Source: Macrostomum hystrix
Taxonomy: Eukaryota > Animalia > Platyhelminthes
Length of the DNA stretch: 64,000 nucleotides
Assembly: GCA_950097015.1 (NCBI GenBank)
Contig: CATNEN010000038.1
Coordinates: forward strand, 25,668,001-25,732,000
Direction of reading: 5' to 3'
Shown here: one piece after another, positions 23,564 through 34,900 of the stretch
How the letters are laid out: each line of letters opens with the position of its first letter
How positions within the stretch are numbered: the stretch's first letter is position 1
Program-made: the position numbers and the translations under genes
The notes under the pieces: generated by a model
Told to the model about the DNA's origin: nothing
Database searches by the model: none
The model's input: the letters and a program-made list of their open reading frames with translations, nothing else

Positions 23564-26500
23564 ATGTCAGTGGAGCATCACGAAAAGAACAGGCATGGCT
23601 CAAACAGCAAGACCAATGGTGCCGCAGCTGACACGGCCGAAACTGCAGACCTGCTTTCAGCGGAACTCAAGCCAGAAAAGGCGCCAAAAACTGGCAAACA
23701 AAAGGCGGTGAAATTTCTTCGCGACAACGCCTTCATGATTGCCACAATCGCGGCTGTCATTGTTGGCTTCCTCATCGGATTGGCTGTGCGCCTGACTCAC
23801 GCTGATCGAGAGATTTCACCTCAGCTGCGACTCTGGCTTGGTGAGCACAATGAGCACAGTTTTATCTGCCTTTTAACTGCAATATAAGTAATAATATAGC
23901 GGCGGGTCCGGTCGGCCATGGTCCGTCTTGTTACTGATTGATCAGTAACTCATGATTACTGAGTATATTTGCAGAAGGGCTGCGGGCAATATGATGTGGA
24001 CCTACATACTAACTGCGATCACTTTTTTGTTGTGCTCGTGCGAAGTGTCTTGGGTAAAACCTCCTAAAACATTACTGTAGTAAAGAGAAGCCCGCAAGCC
24101 AGCGGCCTATGGAAAATATAACGAAACAAACGAATGAGAAGCACCAGCAAGGTTTACGACAAGGTCAGACCTGCCTACGAATTATTCATCCGAATACAAC
24201 TGCTCGTCTAATTTCTCCCTGCCTTCCAATACATCACAATGATACATCATTTGGTGACGCTGGACCCGCAACCGGCGAGGAGGCAATTCTGCCAATTTCG
24301 CTGACTCCTGAGCACACACGCACTCAGCTACTGTGCGCAGGCACACGCTCACACAGGTGTGTACATCTGTCCTGACTTTTTCATCGTCAGGCAGTGTACA
24401 CTTCACTGTGCCTTGGAGGCTGGCCCTCAATGGCGTAAATTGCACCTCCACTGCGCCCCAAACGAATGTGGCCCTTCCGCGGAATCGAGCTCAGAGACCG
24501 TGGTGCGAGAGGCAAACGCATTAACCGCTCTTCCACCGACCCCCTTTTTAAAGTCTGCTATTGCGAATAACGAGTTTAAACATAATTTGACAATAATGTA
24601 AACTTTCAGCCATGCCTGGAGAACTTTTTATACGACTTCTAAAACTGACAATTCTTCCACTGATTGCCTCTAATGTGGTTGTCGGTAAGTTTAAAGCAGC
24701 TCATATTTAGCACTCACGTGGGGAATCATGAAATTCAGTATGGACCCAAATTTTCTTTAGTGTCTGCAAGCCTGGATCCAAAGCAGAACGGCAAGATCAG
24801 TTTGGTCTCGTTTGGCTACATTATGGTGGCAAATGTATTTTCGTCTATCATCGGTTGCGTCACAGCATTGATTGTTAAGCCAGGTGAGCGTTTATATCAC
24901 CTAGGGCTTAATGCGACCTCCACAGAGCCACCTCATTCCCTACGCCAATCTGAAACAGCCACCTCATTCCCTACCCCAATCTGGAGCAGCCACCTCATTC
25001 CCTACGCCAATCTGAAACAGCCACCTCATTCCCACCCCAATCTGAAATAGCCACCTCATTCCCACCCCAATCTGAAACAGCCACCTCACTCCCTACCCCG
25101 ATCTGGAACAGCCACCTCATTCCCTACGCCAATCTGAAACAGCCACCTCATTCCCTACGCCAATCTGAAACAGCCACCTCACTCCCTTACTCCAATCTGG
25201 ATCAACCACCTCATTCCTTAACACCAATCTGAAACGGAAACCTAATTTACTGTACTGTGAATTAGTACCTTTAATCGTTTTAAAGGACTTCAATAACTTT
25301 TTTCATAGATCATCCTCGATCAAGTCCTTATGGTATTTGAAACCTATCTCACACTATGGTCCATTTACCGGCAACTATGATTGGTTCGCAGGTCTACACG
25401 GCCTGTCAAACAGCACCACAAGTGACTCTTCGGATGGCAAGCCAAAGCTAACCTTTGCCAAGCTGACTTCATCGGACGTGTTCGCCGACCTGTTGTACAA
25501 CATCTTCCCAGACAATCTGGTTGGCGTATCGCTGTTCAAATCACAAACCACTTACAAAATACCACTGCGCGGTCAGCTGATCCAGATGGGAGTAATCGAC
25601 TCTGGCGACGCAAACGTCACAATGGAGGTGCGCGACGAGAGAGTGGTGACAAATTCGGCTTCAGTGAACATGATCGGTGTGATTTTCTGCGCCGCAGTGT
25701 TCGGTATGGCTGCCCGCACTCTGGGACCGCAGGGAGAGCCGTTCATTGCATTTTTCCGATCGCTTTCGCATGTGGTCATCAAGGTCATGCGGTGGTTTCT
25801 ATGGTATGCTGAGCTAGCGATCCAACGTCATTACTGTGCAATACCAGCTAAATTAACTTCCTAGAAACCAGCGGTAGCTTCAATGACAAGTTAGGAACCA
25901 ATACAAGCTTCAATGACAAATTAGGAACCAATAGCAGCGTCAATGATGAGTTAGGAATTAATACTAGCTTCAATGACCAGTTAAGAACTAATACCAGCTT
26001 TAATGATCAGTTAGAAACCAATATCAGCGTCAATGACAAATTAGGAAATAATTCCAGCTTCAATGGCCAGTTTGGAACCAATACCAGCTTCAATGACCAG
26101 TTAGGAACCAATACCAGCTTCAATGACCAGTTAGGAACCAATACCATCATAAAGTATCTTTAATGACTTCATTGCATTTCAGGTTGACCCCACCGGGTGT
26201 GTGTTTTATGATCGCATCGTCCATAGCAGATGTTGTTGACCCAGCTTCAACCCTGATCAAGCTGAGCCTATTCATTGTGAGTGTCACAATCGGCCTAGGT
26301 GTGCACTTCATTGTGCTGCAGGCGGTTTTCATTGCCGTGTCCAGAAAGAATCCGATTTGGTTCCTGGTTAAGACCCTGCGATCTTGGTGCATCGCGTTTG
26401 CTACTACAGCGCCGTAAGTTTTTATCGATTTTAATCTAGCTCGAAAAAAAATAATTGATTACACCTGCCCCAATCGGGACAGATTTGCAGCCGACCGCAT

Positions 26501-28229
26501 AGCCGCAGCTATTGCGTGGCGCATCTGAAGGCTGCAGTACGGCTTTTCAGTCCATGGACTGGGGAGACGCCACACCCACCCTCACTTAACTCAGCAAATG
26601 CTGGTACCCATTTAACTGCTGGGTGAACTGTAGCAATGCAGAGTTGAGCTTCTTGCTAAAGGACACAAATAGCTTCAGTGGAGGAACCGAACCTCCGACC
26701 TTCAAGTCGTGAGTCCGACGCTCTAACCACAAGGCTACAACCTACCGTAAAGACGGTATCTTACTGCGAAGAATTATCTAAATTATTTTATCAATGGGAA
26801 AACCTAGACTCCTCTTCCTCTTTCCCTTTCCTTTGCCGTTTCGAGAACAGAAAACATTTGAGATGTACCTGTAGTCACCTTAATGAAACCATCTGCATTA
26901 GTTCTTTACCACGTTAGTACCCCGTTAGTACGTTAGATTGAATGTGCTTTCCTGTCTCCTATCTTCTGTTCACGTCACATTTCAATTAAACTACACAAAG
27001 CGCTACTGAATTCTAACGCACCCGTCAAATTCAGCGTCGTAGCCATCCCGGAGATGATTGAGTGCTGCGACACCTACGGCATTGCTCATGACATCTCTCG
27101 CTTTGTGATCCCATTCGCTGCCGCCATTAAAGGCGACGGTAGTGCCTGCTTCATCTCGGTGGCAGCGGTGTTCTTAGGACAGCTCACAGGATACCCCATC
27201 ACCGTTGGCACCATCGTCATCATCGTCCTGCTGGTGTCCTCGGCTATGCTGGCTCTACCGAACATTCCGTCGGCTAGTCTGGTGATCCTAGTCACCATTC
27301 TCACCTCTGTGGGCATATCCGAGACTGAAGTGGCGCTACTGTACTCAGTGGACTGGCTTCTGTGAGTTGCCGGGGTCTCTGAGCTCGAGTCCCGCTTTTG
27401 AAAATAACATTTGCTAGCAAGACTAAAGAGCCTCTACCCAAAGTAAAGAGCCGCTACCAAAACTAAAGAGCCGCTACCCAAACTAAAGAGCCGCTACCAA
27501 AACTAAAGAGCCGCTACCAAAACTAAAGAGCCGCTACCAAAACTAAAGAGCCGCTACCAAAACTAAAGAGCCGCTACCAAAACTAAAGAGCCGCTAGCAA
27601 AACTAAAGAGCCATTACCAAAACTAAAGAGCCGCTACCAGAACTAAAGAGCCGCTAGCAAAACTAAAGAGCCGCTACCAAAACTAAAGAGCCGCTACCAA
27701 AACTAAAGAGCCGCTACCAAAACTAAAGAGCCGCTACCAAAACTAAAGAGCCGCTACCAAAACTAAAGAGCCGCTACCAAAACTAAAGAGCCGCTACCAA
27801 AACTAAAGAGCCGCTACCAAAACTAAAGAGCCGCTACCAAAACTAAAGAGCCGCTACCAAAACTAAAGAGCCGCTACCAAAACTAAAGAGCCGCTACCAA
27901 AACTAAAGAGCCGCTACCAAAACTAAAGAGCCGCTACCAAAACTAAAGAGCCGCTACCAAAACTAAAGAGCCGCTACGCACAACCCGCCACCTGCAGAGA
28001 CCGTATGCGCTCAGGTTCCATCTGTCTGTCTCACTGCTACTGTGCGGCATTCACGCATTTCATTTGTGCCGGCGATCTAAAAAAGCCTGACCAAGAAGTC
28101 GACGAAGATAAAGAGGCCGCGGCGGCGATTGCCCACGACGAAGATGACCATGGCAAAGGAAAAATATTAAAAAAAGACGAGGCCTTTAAATCGAACGGCA
28201 ACGACTTGCAAATGTCCGAGGTGGCTTGA
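23564..28229 (+). CDS. SLC1-family (dicarboxylate/amino acid:cation symporter) transporter, divergent; approx. exons 23564-23840, 24610-24684, 24761-24882, 25392-25803, 26183-26413, 27035-27361, 27998-28229
   Basis: PGELFIRLLKLTILPLI; DLLYNIFPDNLV; NMIGVIFCAAVFG; SRFVIPFAAAIKGDGS; VDWLLDRMRS; GT-AG introns with compatible phases. Confidence 0.92.
24245..24545 (-). mobile_element. tRNA-derived SINE family A, near full length
   Basis: Minus-strand head GGTGGAAGAGCGGTTAATGCG...GAGCTCGATTCC (A/B-box-like); body repeated at 5692, 7855, 23330, 35575, 38460, 41960, 43100. Confidence 0.78.
24925..25235. repeat. 30-bp intronic minisatellite
   Basis: agccacctcattccctacgccaatctgaaac units. Confidence 0.92.
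25862..26146. repeat. 30-bp intronic minisatellite
   Basis: ttaggaaccaataccagcttcaatgaccag units. Confidence 0.9.
26460..26745 (-). mobile_element. tRNA-derived SINE family B (CORE-like body)
   Basis: Head tagccttgtggttagagcgtcggact...ggttcggttcc then gtgtccttt.gcaag...cacccagcagttaaatgggtac; related head/body at 40598-40760 (+). Confidence 0.65.
27415..27977. repeat. 20-bp homogeneous minisatellite filling the last SLC1 intron
   Basis: aactaaagagccgctaccaa units. Confidence 0.95.
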
Positions 28230-29280
28230 CAAGCAGCCACGTGATCAGTTTTTTACATGGAAAAACTTTAAATTTTTTTTACGATTTGTGTGATTTTCAT
28301 TAGTTGGAAAAACTTGATGTCACCCAAACAGTAGCTAAGCAAAGATTTTGGCGCAACGGACTAATGCAAAGCACCCAATTACTGCTTAAAAGTAAGAGTA
28401 ACGTAGAGTATGAATGCTATAAATTATGGAATCTCTATTTATTCATTAGCTTTCCCTTTCACTATAAATTTAACCATTTGTCTTGATTTTTTCTGTCCCT
28501 AGTTGTACATACGTCGTCTAAACGTATGCTTTTCCTTCACAATCCCCGACAAGAAGCCATGTGGCGATCAATTTTCGGAAAAAACTTATCCTGTGGCGAC
28601 AAGACAGAATTCTGGCAAAATACAAAAATTGAGAAGACGATATTTACATCTGTTAGCTGTTAGCACAAAACCCAAAATTTCTGAAAAATTCTTGCTTTTA
28701 CTATTCTTCGACACGAATTTAAGAGTCAACTAAGGCAACCGATTGATCGATATCTTTTCTATGAACTTTGGCCAGGTTTTACGAATAGAAGCAAAAAGTA
28801 TACATTTTTTTGCAATAAAAAAACTGTTGGCTGCGGATTGAAACGCTTGAAACTTTGATTCCTTTAAGCTGTACGAACCCCTGAACTTCAACTTAATTGT
28901 GAGTCTCACGTTCTCAGCCCTCTTTGGCTCCGACCGCCATTTTTTTGGATTGGAAACGTTACTAAGTATTTTATATTCAAAATAAATAAGAGGCTTAAAA
29001 TCTGAACGGACAAATGCGAGGACAAAATGCGAGCACATGGGGGAGACATAGTATTTTCAGCCTAAAAACCAAGCTAAAAAATCATTAGGCAGTCTTAAAT
29101 TAGCTACCTAAATATCCTTTGCCCTGACTTATTTTCATAGCCATGAGTGATTAAATTCCTGGGGTGTGGGGGCTCTAGTGATGCCAAGCTAAGGCTGATG
29201 CTGATGAACAACTTGTAAGGGCGCACAGGAGTCAATATGGAGATAGGAACTTAAGAGTAAGATGCGGAGTGTAGTGACTA

Positions 29281-30186
29281 TAGGGGCGTAGCCAGGGGGG
29301 CAAGGGAGGGCCACGGGGTCCCCCCTAATCGGCTGAAAAAACTTTGTGGCGCCCATACATAGTACGAGTGTAGTGGCGCTTCCCGTGTGGTAGTGGTGCC
29401 CCCGTGTGGTAGTGGCGCCCCAGTGTGGTAGTGGCGCCCCCGTGTGGTAGTGGCGCCCCCGTGTGGTAGTGGCGCCCCCGTTTGGTAGTGGCGCCCCGTT
29501 TGGTAGTGGCGCCCCCGGTTTGGTAGTGTCGCCCCCGTTTGGTAGTGGCGCCCCCGTTTGGTAGTGGCGCCCCCGGTTGGTAGTGGCGCTTCCCGTGTGG
29601 TAGTGGCGCCCCCGTGTGTTAGTGGCGCCCCCGTGTGGTAGTGGCGCCCCCGTTCGGTAGTTGCGCCCCCGTTTGGTAGTGGCGCCCCCGTTTGGTAGTG
29701 GCGCCCCGGTTTGGTAGTGGCGCCCCCGGTTGGTAGTGGCGCTTCCCGTGTGTTAGTGGCGCCCCCGGGTGGTAGTGGCGCCCCCGTTTGGTAGTGGCGC
29801 TTCCCGTGTGTTAGTGGCGCCCCGTGTGGTAGTGGCGCCTCCGTTCGGTAGTGGCGCCCCCGTTTGGTAGTGGCGCTTCCCGTGTGGTAGTGGCGCCTCC
29901 GTGTGGTAGTGGCGCCCCCGTGTGGTAGTGGCGCCCCCGTTTGGTAGTGGCGCCCCGTTTGGTAGTGGCGCCCCCGGTTGGTAGTGTCGCCCCCGTTTGG
30001 TAGTGGCGCCCCCGTTTGGTAGTGGCGCCCCGTTTGGTAGTGGCGCCCCCGTTTGGTAGTGGCGCCCCGTTTGGTAGTGGCGCCCCCGGTTGGTAGTGGC
30101 TCCCCCGGTTGGTAGTGGCGCCCCCCATCAGTAGTGCCCCCAAAAGGCGCGGTTCCTCCTAGACAAAAATCCTGGCTACGCCACTG
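29281..30186. mobile_element. MITE-like element with short TIRs enclosing a 20/21-bp GC-rich minisatellite
   Basis: taggggcgtagccagg ... cctggctacgccactg; internal tggtagtggcgcccccgtt units 29370-30140; no clear TSD. Confidence 0.7.
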
Positions 30187-30951
30187 ATTGTGTGTACTTT
30201 ATTTCCGGGTTAAAGGAGTCCTTGGTGAGTCCTTCCTCAGCTCTTGAGTGGTTCCACGCGCATGTGTGACTCTCTGCATGTCATCTATCTAATGTGGGTC
30301 CGCAGCACTAGAGCATTTACTGAGCAGCATTGCTCAATGCACGACAGATTTAACTGTCAGGACGTCTTTTTCTAGTACCTGAACTCATGAAGTAATAAAG
30401 ACTTGAAGCCCAAGCTCCAACTTTTACTCTGACTACAACCATTAGTAAAATAACAAAGAAAATTAGAACATACATTATATAAATAATCCGAGCGTGTATA
30501 AAGTGTCTGAAAAAAATATCTCGCATTAAAATATTAGTTTAATTTTTGCAGCTTGGTCAAGATAGCAGTGCGGTTTTTATGTAACTAAATTATTTTTTTC
30601 TTATAACGATTCTTTTAATATAAACTTTTAATATAAAATGTGTTTCCCAAATAGAAAGTACTCGTAAAAATAACTGTACCTTTTCAATTACAAAAAGGAA
30701 AATTTTATTTTGCTTTTAACTTTAAAACGAGAAAACAACCTTTAGGAAACTTTAGTAGAAGTGCTATTACAAAAGTGAATTAAATTATTGTACTTGGCTC
30801 CATGGCCAGCACAAGCGAAATTAAAGTTCAGTTGGTAAGTAAAGTGCATCAGAAATGGTCGTAGTCAGTCAGTTCTAATAATAGAAGTATCGATCGATCA
30901 AATAGTTTCTAAACGGGATTCCCTTGTGAATTTCTTCTCTGTTCAGCTCAA

Positions 30952-31907
30952 TCAATCAGAGCAGCTGCTGCTGGTCGATGAGTCAGATGTCCAGGCCTCC
31001 TCGTTCTCCTCGCCCGGATGTGACGATTCCACTTTTAGTTCGGGCAGGGCAGCAGCTCCGAAAGCGACAGCGAGAACCGCGGGCTCGCGACTCCCAACTT
31101 CCAGTTGCTTCTTACGCTGCTGCTGCCTTTGCTGCTTCTGTTTATTTTTGCGCTTTCGTTTTTTCGATTCGTCGCGAGTCGACGCCGGAGCTGCCGTCGG
31201 TGGCAGCAGTGTCTGCAGGACGGCGCGGAGCAGGCACAGGAAGGCTTCGCTGGCGCTGTCTGGATCTCGAGCCGTCGCCTCGCGCCAAACCAGACCGTGG
31301 CGCCGGGCAAGCGCGATGCCGGAATCCACGACAGGCGCATCCGACAATCGTCGACGATCCAGCTTGTTGCCGATGAGTGCTATGGGAGCATCGGCGGGCA
31401 GACCCGCTTCATTGCTGCGAAGGCGCTGCAGCCAGGCCTCGCAGTCGCGAAGGCTCTGGCGGTCCGTGACGTCATAGACTAGCATGGCGCACTGGCACCC
31501 GCTGTAATAGCCGGCTGCGAGGCTGCGGTATCTGAAATATAGCGAAATCAGAATTGAAGTGTTTACCACATTTTATTAGAAACCAACTCACTCCACAAAC
31601 CACTTCATTCAACCAAATACTTCACTCCATCACAAACCTACTCATTCTACTAACCATCCCACTCCGACAACAACATCCCTCACTCCATCAACCAGCCCAC
31701 TCCACCAACTCCAGCCCACTTTCGCTTACCTCTCTTGTCCAGCAGTATCCCACATCTGGCACTGGACAGGCGTCCCGTCAACCTTGATTTGTCTTGATCG
31801 CAAACTGGCGCCAATAGTCGGTGCGTAGGACTCTTTAAAATCGTGCTCGCCAGTGAAGCTAGTCAGCAGGCTCGACTTGCCAACACCGGCGTTGCCAACC
31901 ACGATGA
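30952..31907 (-). CDS. Rab-like GTPase domain 5 plus C-terminal tail (part of the multidomain gene)
   Basis: [20 protein letters not shown]|YRSL, GNKLD, EATAR; polybasic [10 protein letters not shown]; ends SSSCSD*. Confidence 0.9.
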
Positions 31908-34900
31908 CTGCGGAAAGCAATAAGATGCGTGAATTGTTACTCAAAATACAATGCAATGCTAGATAAAATGTTATTCAATATCTATTATAAAATAGTGACC
32001 AAATCCTTTACCATTCACCAGTACAGCAGGCTTCTCATCGATTACGGCTGGCAGAGCGGACTCATCCTCTTCACTGTTACGGTTTGCTTGACGAACGGCT
32101 TCAGCAAAAGCTTCATGGACATTTTCGCCAGTCCTTGCATTGACGGCAACGAATTTCAAGCCGTACCTATCAGCTAACAGTCGAGCACCTTCAGCGACTT
32201 CGCTGCTGGTTGAACCTGTTTCGTTCAGTACTACAAGCACGGCTGCCTGCGGCGCCTTGGATTGCAGATCTCGCAGTGTGGCTTCGGCCCGCTCAAAGCT
32301 GCTTCCGGAGTTCACCACTAGCAGGGCGCAATCACTGTTGGCGTAGCACTGGCTGCTGGCTTGGCTGCGTGGTTTGAAATTTTGTAGAAACGGAAATTCT
32401 AAATGGAAATTTAGTTTAATTTTACACGTGGCTTCTGTCGCAGTAAGCGACATTTTTGCTACCTTAATGCATTTTCTGCTGCGTCTAATGGACACGTGCT
32501 CGACTAGTTGATTGAATTAAAGCTCTTGACAAAAATGAGGTGCTGATTTGGCGTACAGCGATGTACTAAATGCATCGACACCACTGGTGAACTTTCTGTC
32601 AGAATTCTTGAATATCCCGTGTTTAGGAGATGTGACAACTTAGAATCTTTCTTCAGAAGGGGCGCTACAAAAAGTTTTCCCGTGTTCTTGAACTTTGTGT
32701 ACTTTCATTGCCCATTTAAATAGTTTGCCAGTAGAATCCCCTCCTGGTACTTTACCAGTTAAAAAAACTGTTAGTAGCTGTCACCAAGACTGTCAATCTA
32801 CGAGCCTCGTAAAATTACCTTTTATTGCTAGGCAAATCCCAGATCATGCACTTGACGGGTTGACCATCCACTTCAATATTTTTAGTAGCAAAATCGACTT
32901 CTTTAGTTTGCTGATACGTTTCTTTAAGAGTTTTGCCGAGAAATCGACCAATCATCGTAGTCTTGCCAACCTGCTCGTCGCCAATTAATAGCACTAAAAA
33001 TGCAAAGCAACATTGCTTAATTTTTTTTCTGGAGATACAAGCCAGTTAAAAAATAGTCTGCCGTCAAACTAACCCTTTACTCGTTGAGTGTTTTTTTCTG
33101 GTTCGGCAAAAAACTTAGGAAAGTTGGTTGCACTGAGCACATCAGTGTCAGCCGTGAGTTGGTCTAATGACGTTCCAACGAGCGCAATGGCATTGGAAGC
33201 CGCCTTTGGTACATACTGCGAGCCCTGAAGTTTTTTCTGTACAAGGCAACGACTCTGCAACATCATGAAGGCCTGGTCCACGTTCAGTCCGCTTTTGGCG
33301 CTGACCTGCCAGCACAGCTCGAGGTCGTGACGTCTGGCAAATTCCTCCGCTTCAGATCTAGAGACGGCGGCGTCCATGTCGCTCTTGTTGGCCACCAGAG
33401 CCACTGGCACGCCGTCAGGAGCTCTGCACCGCAGCTCATTGAGCCAGCGCTCACAGTTGACGAAGCTGTCTCTATTGGAGGCATCAAAGACTAGCAGAGC
33501 TCCAGATATGCCACCGTAGTATGAGTATGTGATTGCGCGGAATCTGAAGTGAGATGGTTGGGCACCCGCAGCCATGAATTAATGGTTTGTGTCATGACAG
33601 GTGGATGGTGAAGAGGTCAAAATTTGCATTGAGAGCAGTTTTACATGTGCATTAAAGAGTGTTGGCGTTTCAAACGCTTATCGAATACTCATATGCTTCG
33701 CGAAGGAGTCCTATACAATGGCATCTATAAATGATGCTTTTCTGGCGGGTAAGACGCTTCTCTAACGACTCAGAAGCTACTTTAACAAATCAAACGCCTT
33801 ATTAAAGACACAAGAAACCGTGCAATAGAAGCTTCTAGAGAAAATTTTAAAGCCTTTTAGAACGTCGTTTAAGATGCTTTTGACGCGCTCTCGCAGTCGC
33901 TAACTTGAAACGCTTAAAAACGACTATAAACACCCTTTAACATGCATTTTAAAGTCCTTGTTACGTGACATAAAAATGCTTTATTGTTATTTTGTCATTT
34001 ATAAACTTTTACTGAACTTAAACGCTTTTAGAACGACTTCAGCGTTGCACCTTTATCAAGGTATGTTGAAGGATGGCTTAGAATGAATGAACGAGCATTT
34101 TGAAGGGATGATCTTCAAATTGCATTAGTAGATGTAAAAAAATACGATAAACCAATGAGATAACTCGCCTCTCTTGGCCTGCGGTGTCCCAAATCTGGCA
34201 CTTGACTGTAGAGCCGTCAACATCGTTATTAACTATGCGAAAATCCACACCAATAGTTGGTATTGCTTTGAGGCTTGCATCGAACTCTTTGTCAGCGAAT
34301 CGTCGAGTTAGGCAGGACTTGCCGACGCCGGTGTCGCCGATTATCAGCACTGAAATTTTTTTTGAATAGCTACGCGTTTTCAGTGCAAGGTTGTGTCATT
34401 TTCTCACTAAAAATTGTTACTTTAATTTGATGTAATTGACTTGAAACAAGAACACGGCAAAAAATTTTTTTACATTAAATAAAGCCAAAGTCGCTATGTC
34501 TGGGATATCATCAATAATCTGTCATCACTCTCTCCTGCCATGTCTGATCTATATCCTCTCTCCATAGAGATCTTGACTTTGACTACATATAGTCACGTCT
34601 GATCTCTCCCGTGTTTTCTCTATCCCCGTCTTATTTAATCTGGGGCGAGATATATTATTAAGTTTTGTAGTGTTACAGCGTTATTAACTGCTTAAAATCA
34701 GTCGAAGTTCAATCAGTAAGCCCCCTTAACTAGCGCCGCTTACGTTTGATGATAAAATCCGGTGTAGGCTCAGCAGTGGTGATAACAGGCTGCATTGGCT
34801 TACTAACAACCTCATTCGAAAACTTTTCAGCAACTTCACGGGTAACTTCTGAGGTGGCAGCATTGTTGTTTGCTTCGTGAGACACCTGCTCCTGACTTGA

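Noticed and set aside
24280-24400. Hammerhead ribozyme from CTGACGA...GAAA in SINE A
   Set aside because: No stem II adjacent to the core motifs could be formed
27415-27977. CRISPR-like array (also considered for the other arrays)
   Set aside because: Head-to-tail repeats without unique spacers; eukaryotic intron; no cas genes
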